Origin: a virus
Taxonomy: Duplodnaviria > Caudoviricetes
DNA: 64,000 nt
Direction: 5' to 3' (one strand)
Virus record (IMG/VR): IMGVR_UViG_3300044557_000104
Coordinates: 32,001 to 96,000 of that record
Positions 59,501-64,000 of this stretch are shown here, piece by piece. The notes beneath the pieces are model-generated. The model saw nothing but the letters and a program-made list of their open reading frames with translations. It searched no databases and had not been told where the DNA came from. The position numbers and the translations under genes are program-made. How positions within the stretch are numbered: position 1 is the first letter of the stretch; each line of letters starts with the position of its first letter.

Positions 59501-59568
59501 ATGATGCTTTTGATAACATCATCACAGTAGAAAAAGATAGCAATACAAGCTACATTAAGGACGTGTAA
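56524..59568 (+). CDS. SbcC/Rad50/gp46-like recombination ATPase containing an intein
   Basis: NFRSY, Walker A N.SGK|TT, Zn-hook CIMC, signature LSSGE, Walker B/D-loop FDEVFDALD, ISH. Confidence 0.92.
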   Translation: MITFKEVSAHNFRSYKDFKLNLDNQGLSMIIGNDLDRGEGSSNSSGKAQPITTLVMTPNGKKKMGDLNVGDYVMNEEGEPVKVLGVYDKGDLPLYKLTLEDGRKIFVNNEHLFEYYDKDKKDFTQKPIVGTLQSLIDKGISRPNVSKKGTTRYIFRIKAPKAIRYNKINIKYDPYTLGALLGDGYLVGDHIQISASNEKIEILDKIVNNNDVPIGYRRHSEKNYTWSFFSSYNKNGTHRLTHAHDFNLPESALHTSLDKSIPSELMTGSIEQRLQLLQGLFDTDGYASLARKDRGGCINVSYSTNSKLMGYQVRELLWSLGYRSSIYVNDRRGKTHKGPQGKLYKYKSIEYKVSANGSKDMLLNLFTIKAKREIIESGRTAKYKRYDLLSIVNIENMNKKVPMRCIYVDSPKHLYVSDDYVVSHNTTLYFAILYSLYGELPDGTKGDDVINKDVGKDSYTQLKFSKSNHDYTVTRYRKNKKYKNKVILEIDGKDATPPTIKETDSKIVEIMGFDSFTLLNSLVFSPERVGGFVDATDKQRKELLEQLTNTKIYKDCLLLVRDDYKTTYGQQQETQKEIDKYKLLIENSEGVMNTYYQQVKEHNDAITATKAKVQQGNKELKHRHSVAETETKIKELELKEEQQRKVVNAITFQDTKDLNASYNKLSSAYTQLSNKVKDLETRLTEDKDNLSKIENGEITTCIMCGSPLNEEHRNKEITNLTNSIKENQLALNANSQALDKVATMGKQVRASLDKIDKANAVVNESLNYQHKILVEYSDQLTKLNNNLVQTQMLIKNLDNDKQHLEDLKQQTIAKPQQAESVAQYEDKIKSLQDTLLKQSDLLDKYKQLEKVYGDQGVKSQALGLSIPYLNTKLNEYMTVLTEGTFTAQLTNTSETKSGSKNNKIDIVINSVNSGSSYQDLSSGEKRRVAVALHLAFMSYLKSNIGGINLLVFDEVFDALDTTGIDAVIKLLKQLSKEIGTILVISHNSELKLNDAFDNIITVEKDSNTSYIKDV
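56665..57798 (+). mobile_element. Intein (378 aa, Ala1) with LAGLIDADG endonuclease
   Basis: GK|AQPITT...MGDL.VGD.V; LGALLGDG and LLQGLFDTDG; MRCIYVD...VSHN|T. Confidence 0.92.
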
Positions 59569-59570
59569 TT

Positions 59571-60176
59571 ATTTTAAATTTAAATTCAGTTAATGGACTA
59601 CGCTTAACATGTATCAAACGAGATAATGCAGTGGTGATGCACGCTTTTGCACAGTCTGGTAGTAATAACAGTTTTACTATTGATCTTCCACCAGAATCAG
59701 GTATCTATTGGTACCCCCTAGCATTCTACTTCGATTATTACTATATGTTTAGTGCTAATGATTTAGTACTAAAAATTGATGATTCTGCACCACAATCTAT
59801 TAAGGATAATTTTCCGGGTGTCACTCGTTTATCTGATTTATATGATTATGCAGATAACGAACAAGGAAATAATTTAGGAATGTACTTGCAAAACCTAGCA
59901 GTAACGACTAAACTAAAGTCAATGGGATTAGTAACGTGGGACACCTATTATAACAAACAAGATGTTGCAGAAAACTTTGCTAAGCTCCGTAATGCTATGG
60001 ACAGCATTGAGCGTAATATCGTTGAGAAGCGCTCTGAGGACGTGGATATTAACTTGTTAGATAACATTGTAGAATATGCAGATGATCAAGATGCAGTAGG
60101 TCTGGTGGACATTGGTATGGGATATAAGATGAATCAGTACATGAAAAAGGTTGTGGACGTTAAGTACCACGTATAG
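59571..60176 (+). CDS. Hypothetical protein between SbcC and primase (start uncertain; frame open from an ATT at 59571)
   Basis: SD AAGGA at 59557-59561; the ORF-track GTG at 59631 has no SD. Confidence 0.6.
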   Translation: MLNLNSVNGLRLTCIKRDNAVVMHAFAQSGSNNSFTIDLPPESGIYWYPLAFYFDYYYMFSANDLVLKIDDSAPQSIKDNFPGVTRLSDLYDYADNEQGNNLGMYLQNLAVTTKLKSMGLVTWDTYYNKQDVAENFAKLRNAMDSIERNIVEKRSEDVDINLLDNIVEYADDQDAVGLVDIGMGYKMNQYMKKVVDVKYHV

Positions 60177-60188
60177 AAGGTGAAGGGT

Positions 60189-61253
60189 ATGTTAAGTAGA
60201 GGTCAATCTGATGTATTATCAATCATAGGTTCAAGTGATTACCTAGAGACACCAGATGGGGACATTCGGATTAACTGCCCTTTTTGCGGTAATGATAATC
60301 ACAAACTGTATGTAAGCAAGGGTCTACTCTATCACTGTTGGGTCTGTGACACCAGTGGTGGCAGTTTAGCATCATTCGTGATGAAGTACCACGAGTGCTC
60401 CTATAAGGAAGCTATGACGTTTTTAAAGACCTCTGAGATGACTAATGAATCATCTATTAATCCAGTTAGAATCACAGAGGAAAATGATTTACTATCAACC
60501 TTGTTTGACGCTAATAATGATATAATAGTAGAAGAGAAGACAAAGATGCCTAAACTTCCTACTAATGCTAAGTCACTATTAAAGAATCTAGCTAATCCAG
60601 AGGTAATTCCATTTATTAATTATTTAGGTAGTCGTAAGCTAACTAAAGAACAGGTCATATACTTAGACCCTATGTATGTAATTTCAGGGGAGATTGAACG
60701 AGAGGATAAACCAAATATTCCGATTTCAAATAGTATTATATTTATTACTCGTGGGCACGGCGGAAAACCTATTTATTGGTCTACTCGTTCAATTGAAAAA
60801 GACCCCTTTGTTAAGTCACTTAATGCACCGGCTAAAGATGATGAGTATAGTAAAGCAGATATCTTCTTTAATATTAATTTAATTAATGAATCTACTAAGG
60901 TAGTAATTTGTGAAGGTATCTTTAATGCTATGATGGTAACACAAGGTGATTATGTAGGAATTGCAACCTTTGGGAAAGCTATTACGGATAGTCAACTACA
61001 AAAACTCATTAGTTATCACCCCAAAGAGTATATCTTATTTCTAGATAATGATGCTAAGGATTTAGAGATGAAACTAATTAAACGGTTAAACAATTATGGC
61101 ATTCCCTATGATAATATTAAGTTTGTTAATAACCCCTATGAAGATAAAGATGCTAATGATTTAGGAACTAAGGTTAGTATGGAATTAGTTAAGCAAGCAA
61201 AGCCAAGTAGCCCTATGGTACTTATGAGCTATGCTATTAAAGAAAGGATGTGA
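60189..61253 (+). CDS. DNA primase
   Basis: CPFC...HCWVC Zn finger; TOPRIM EG.F.A, ATFGK, LDND, DAND. Confidence 0.9.
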   Translation: MLSRGQSDVLSIIGSSDYLETPDGDIRINCPFCGNDNHKLYVSKGLLYHCWVCDTSGGSLASFVMKYHECSYKEAMTFLKTSEMTNESSINPVRITEENDLLSTLFDANNDIIVEEKTKMPKLPTNAKSLLKNLANPEVIPFINYLGSRKLTKEQVIYLDPMYVISGEIEREDKPNIPISNSIIFITRGHGGKPIYWSTRSIEKDPFVKSLNAPAKDDEYSKADIFFNINLINESTKVVICEGIFNAMMVTQGDYVGIATFGKAITDSQLQKLISYHPKEYILFLDNDAKDLEMKLIKRLNNYGIPYDNIKFVNNPYEDKDANDLGTKVSMELVKQAKPSSPMVLMSYAIKERM

Positions 61254-61257
61254 TTCT

Positions 61258-61593
61258 TTGCCAGAAGTACGTAACTTATCACAATTGTCTTTTGAAGATT
61301 ACTTTAGAATTAAACAATTACTTAAAGAAAAAGATCAGTTACCAACAGTTGAAGTAACTCAGCATGATTCAGACATTGTTACTTATCAGGACGCTTATGA
61401 TATTATTAATCGAACAATTGATTCATTATCTGATTATGTAACTCAACGGACAGATTTTGACTATGATGTAGTAGCATTACTAATGTCAGTATTAATGTCT
61501 AAGAAAGTATTGACTGAAAAAGAAGTTAATGCTATACTTAAAAATGCAGAACGAATATTAGAAAAGAAGGATGACACAGATGAAGCAGAATAA
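61258..61593 (+). CDS. Hypothetical protein
   Basis: SD AAAGGA before TTG 61258. Confidence 0.6.
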   Translation: MPEVRNLSQLSFEDYFRIKQLLKEKDQLPTVEVTQHDSDIVTYQDAYDIINRTIDSLSDYVTQRTDFDYDVVALLMSVLMSKKVLTEKEVNAILKNAERILEKKDDTDEAE

Positions 61594-61963
61594 TTTAGAT
61601 CAACAACAATTACTTACAGCATTACGGGTACATAAGAACTTACCTAGTTACTATACAGAACAAGACCTAGCAGATGCTAAGATTATTCTTAAAAAGAAGA
61701 TTAACTTAGGTGAAGCCTTTGATGTAGTTGATTTACTGGTTTACCCATATAGTAAGCAATTAGACAAACTTAACCACGACTTGAGTATTGCTAATATGGT
61801 ACTTGATAAATTAGGAGCTACTCCAGAACAATGGGAGGAAGCTCAAGCTGAGTTTGAAAAGGCTGATCGAGAAAACAAGGAAAAGGCTCAGGCAGAGTTT
61901 AAAGAATTGTTAGAAAAAGAAAAAGCTGAAATGGAAGCAGAAGGTACTAAGGGGGGTAAGTAA
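61571..61963 (+). CDS. Hypothetical protein
   Basis: Intact coupled ORF; start may be ATG 61580. Confidence 0.65.
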   Translation: MTQMKQNNLDQQQLLTALRVHKNLPSYYTEQDLADAKIILKKKINLGEAFDVVDLLVYPYSKQLDKLNHDLSIANMVLDKLGATPEQWEEAQAEFEKADRENKEKAQAEFKELLEKEKAEMEAEGTKGGK

Positions 61964-62655
61964 TGGATACCCTACAATTTGTTAAATCAGAATTTAAAGA
62001 AAAGGGAGATGTCCCTAACTTTGCTGATTTACTAAGTAAAGATAATACTAAGGTAATTAGTTATAAGAAGCTCATTAATACTTATAACTTAACCTTGTTA
62101 TCAAGTATGTCAGAAGATGAACTGATGGAAGATGATGTATCAACCTATGATACTTTCTACCAGAGTTTCATTAAACCAGCTAACCACTTCACCATTAACT
62201 TTCAGACAGGTAGAACTGATACTAATTTAACTGGTATGCAAACCATCCTAGCTAGACTTATCTTTGAAAAGATGGGAGTTAAGGAAGGGTTTAAGTACTT
62301 TGATATTGATAAGTACCTAGTAGATCAACTTAATGCGGGGACTCTAGCAATTTATTTAATCCGAATGGATAGTGAACCTAATGAAAACTATGTTAAGTTT
62401 GCTTTGATCTTTACAGAACCTCTACCAGATGAAGCAGAGGTTGATAAGTTATATAATATCATGCAAAATGAACCAGAGAAAACATCTGATCCAGAGGTAA
62501 TTGAATTATATAAGAAGTTAACTAAGCAGTTTAAGCAACGTGCTGGGTATCTCAGTAAGCTCAATGATATTCATCAATCACGAGCATTATATGATGAAGA
62601 CTCACTACGATTTGTTAAATATTATAATAAGGTAGCCATGATTATTGGATACTAA
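61963..62655 (+). CDS. Hypothetical protein
   Basis: TAATG coupling; SD GGGGG. Confidence 0.7.
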   Translation: MDTLQFVKSEFKEKGDVPNFADLLSKDNTKVISYKKLINTYNLTLLSSMSEDELMEDDVSTYDTFYQSFIKPANHFTINFQTGRTDTNLTGMQTILARLIFEKMGVKEGFKYFDIDKYLVDQLNAGTLAIYLIRMDSEPNENYVKFALIFTEPLPDEAEVDKLYNIMQNEPEKTSDPEVIELYKKLTKQFKQRAGYLSKLNDIHQSRALYDEDSLRFVKYYNKVAMIIGY

Positions 62656-62659
62656 CACA

Positions 62660-62688
62660 AAGGACTCACCTTAATTGGTGGGTCTTTT
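62660..62688 (+). terminator. Intrinsic terminator
   Basis: AAGGACTCACC-TTAATT-GGTGGGTCTTT. Confidence 0.75.
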
Positions 62689-62797
62689 ACTTTCATATAG
62701 GTTTATACATATAGATGTTATAATAGAGTTAAGGAAAGATAACATTTTTCTATATTATAAATATGAAAGATACAATAAAGAGTAAAGAAGTGATAAA

Positions 62798-63451
62798 ATG
62801 TCAGCATCACGTGGAAAAGGATCTTCAAAAAAAGGAAAAAATTTTGAATTAGGCATTGCACATAAGCTATCAGATGCTTATAAAATCAATGTTAACCGTG
62901 TTCCTATGTCAGGGGCATGGAGAGGTTCAAATAACAACTATGCACTACGAGATGATAGCAATTATATTGGGGATTTATTTTTCCCTAGTGGGCACCCCTT
63001 ATCTATTTTTAACTATGAATTAAAGAACCACGCAGGGATTAAGTTACGAAACTTCTTTATGTGTAACAGTGAGATCCCACAGTTCATGCAACAGGTAACA
63101 ACTGATTCATATCGGATTGGTGGAGTTGGAAGCTCTATTCCATGTTTAATTGTCCATGTGGAACGGGAAGATGATTATGTAGCAATCCCTTATGAACAAC
63201 ATATGTATGAAGCACTTGTTAAAGAAGATTATCCAGCTATAGAATTAACTTTAGGGTACATAGATGAACGAACCCAAGTTAAATATCAGTATCAAATGTT
63301 ATTAACTAACTTGAAGTCCTTTACTGCTATTGATCCTATTAAAGTTAACACATGGTACCATGATCTAGACTGGGATATTCTTAATGATAATACAAGTCAG
63401 GAACAGAACAACTCAGAGGTAGACAAATTTTTAGATGGTATTGAGGACTAA
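62798..63451 (+). CDS. Holliday junction resolvase (Hjc-like PD-(D/E)XK)
   Basis: S.KKG..FE..IA..L, R.PMSGA, GD, YELKN motifs. Confidence 0.8.
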   Translation: MSASRGKGSSKKGKNFELGIAHKLSDAYKINVNRVPMSGAWRGSNNNYALRDDSNYIGDLFFPSGHPLSIFNYELKNHAGIKLRNFFMCNSEIPQFMQQVTTDSYRIGGVGSSIPCLIVHVEREDDYVAIPYEQHMYEALVKEDYPAIELTLGYIDERTQVKYQYQMLLTNLKSFTAIDPIKVNTWYHDLDWDILNDNTSQEQNNSEVDKFLDGIED

Positions 63452-63454
63452 ATA

Positions 63455-64000
63455 ATGAGATTAATTAAACAGTTAAATATTGGCAATACACACCGAGCAC
63501 TTAACTTTAATCAGTTTAGGGCTGGTACAGATAAGTTCATTAAGGTGTGTAACCAAAACAAAGCTCAAGTAGAAGAGAGCTTAAAGAAAAATAAAGGTAA
63601 AGGTAATACCTATTTGATTATTCATGATTCAGTAGATGAAGATACACAACTTAATAAAAAGGTATATGAGTCTAAGGGAACTATCATTTACTATACTGCA
63701 ACTACAATTCCTATTTATACTATGTTATCTATGGGAACTAATCAACGACTATACTTAGTGTATGAATACCGCAATACTTTTACTAAGGAACAATTACTTA
63801 ATATTAAAACAGCATTTGAACTTAGCACAGTTATTATCTATATTCCACACGTAGATGTAAGTGCAAGTCCCTATAAGTATTTATTTAGTGTATATGACGT
63901 AAGGTATATTGCAGATGCAGTTTACTATGACTTTACCCCATGTGAATATGATGATATTGATAATTATAGCTACTACGATAAGCTACCATCAGCTAAACCA
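63455..64000 (+). CDS. Hypothetical protein, truncated by the window end
   Basis: SD GAGG; ATG 63455; frame open to 64000 (MRLIKQLNIGNTHRAL...). Confidence 0.7.
   Translation, partial: MRLIKQLNIGNTHRALNFNQFRAGTDKFIKVCNQNKAQVEESLKKNKGKGNTYLIIHDSVDEDTQLNKKVYESKGTIIYYTATTIPIYTMLSMGTNQRLYLVYEYRNTFTKEQLLNIKTAFELSTVIIYIPHVDVSASPYKYLFSVYDVRYIADAVYYDFTPCEYDDIDNYSYYDKLPSAKP

Overview
A 64-kb, AT-rich, almost entirely plus-strand segment of a large lytic myovirus of the Herelleviridae (SPO1/Twort/K-like). Lysin, holin and carbohydrate-binding modules point to a lactobacillus host, possibly the casei group (inference). Gene order: a large non-coding region holding an ornate ~500-nt structured RNA; RNase H; GH25 endolysin; putative TerS; TerL split by four group I introns (two carry Zn-repeat/Vsr-like homing endonucleases); portal, protease, scaffold, major capsid, neck, sheath, a free-standing endonuclease, tube, chaperones, tape measure, hub/NlpC-P60, a 2673-aa spike/fibre and baseplate genes; a TnpB locus with two omegaRNAs; holins; then DnaB-like helicase, an intein-containing SbcC/gp46-like ATPase, primase and Holliday-junction resolvase. 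The most unusual signals, all read by eye: (1) three tandem promoter-sRNA-terminator cassettes between terS and terL, each with a reverse-complemented start codon and, clearly in two of them, an anti-Shine-Dalgarno, which suggests an array of antisense translational silencers; (2) an apparently immobilised TnpB whose guide matches a TTAT-flanked 10-mer overlapping the -10 box of its own promoter, next to a 259-bp omegaRNA-only mini-element; (3) an in-frame TGA inside the endolysin signal peptide; (4) a pseudoknot-rich ROOL-like RNA; (5) a terL intron that appears to end in A; (6) a +1 frameshift motif (TCC TTT CGA) in the tail chaperone. No database searches or folding programs were run.
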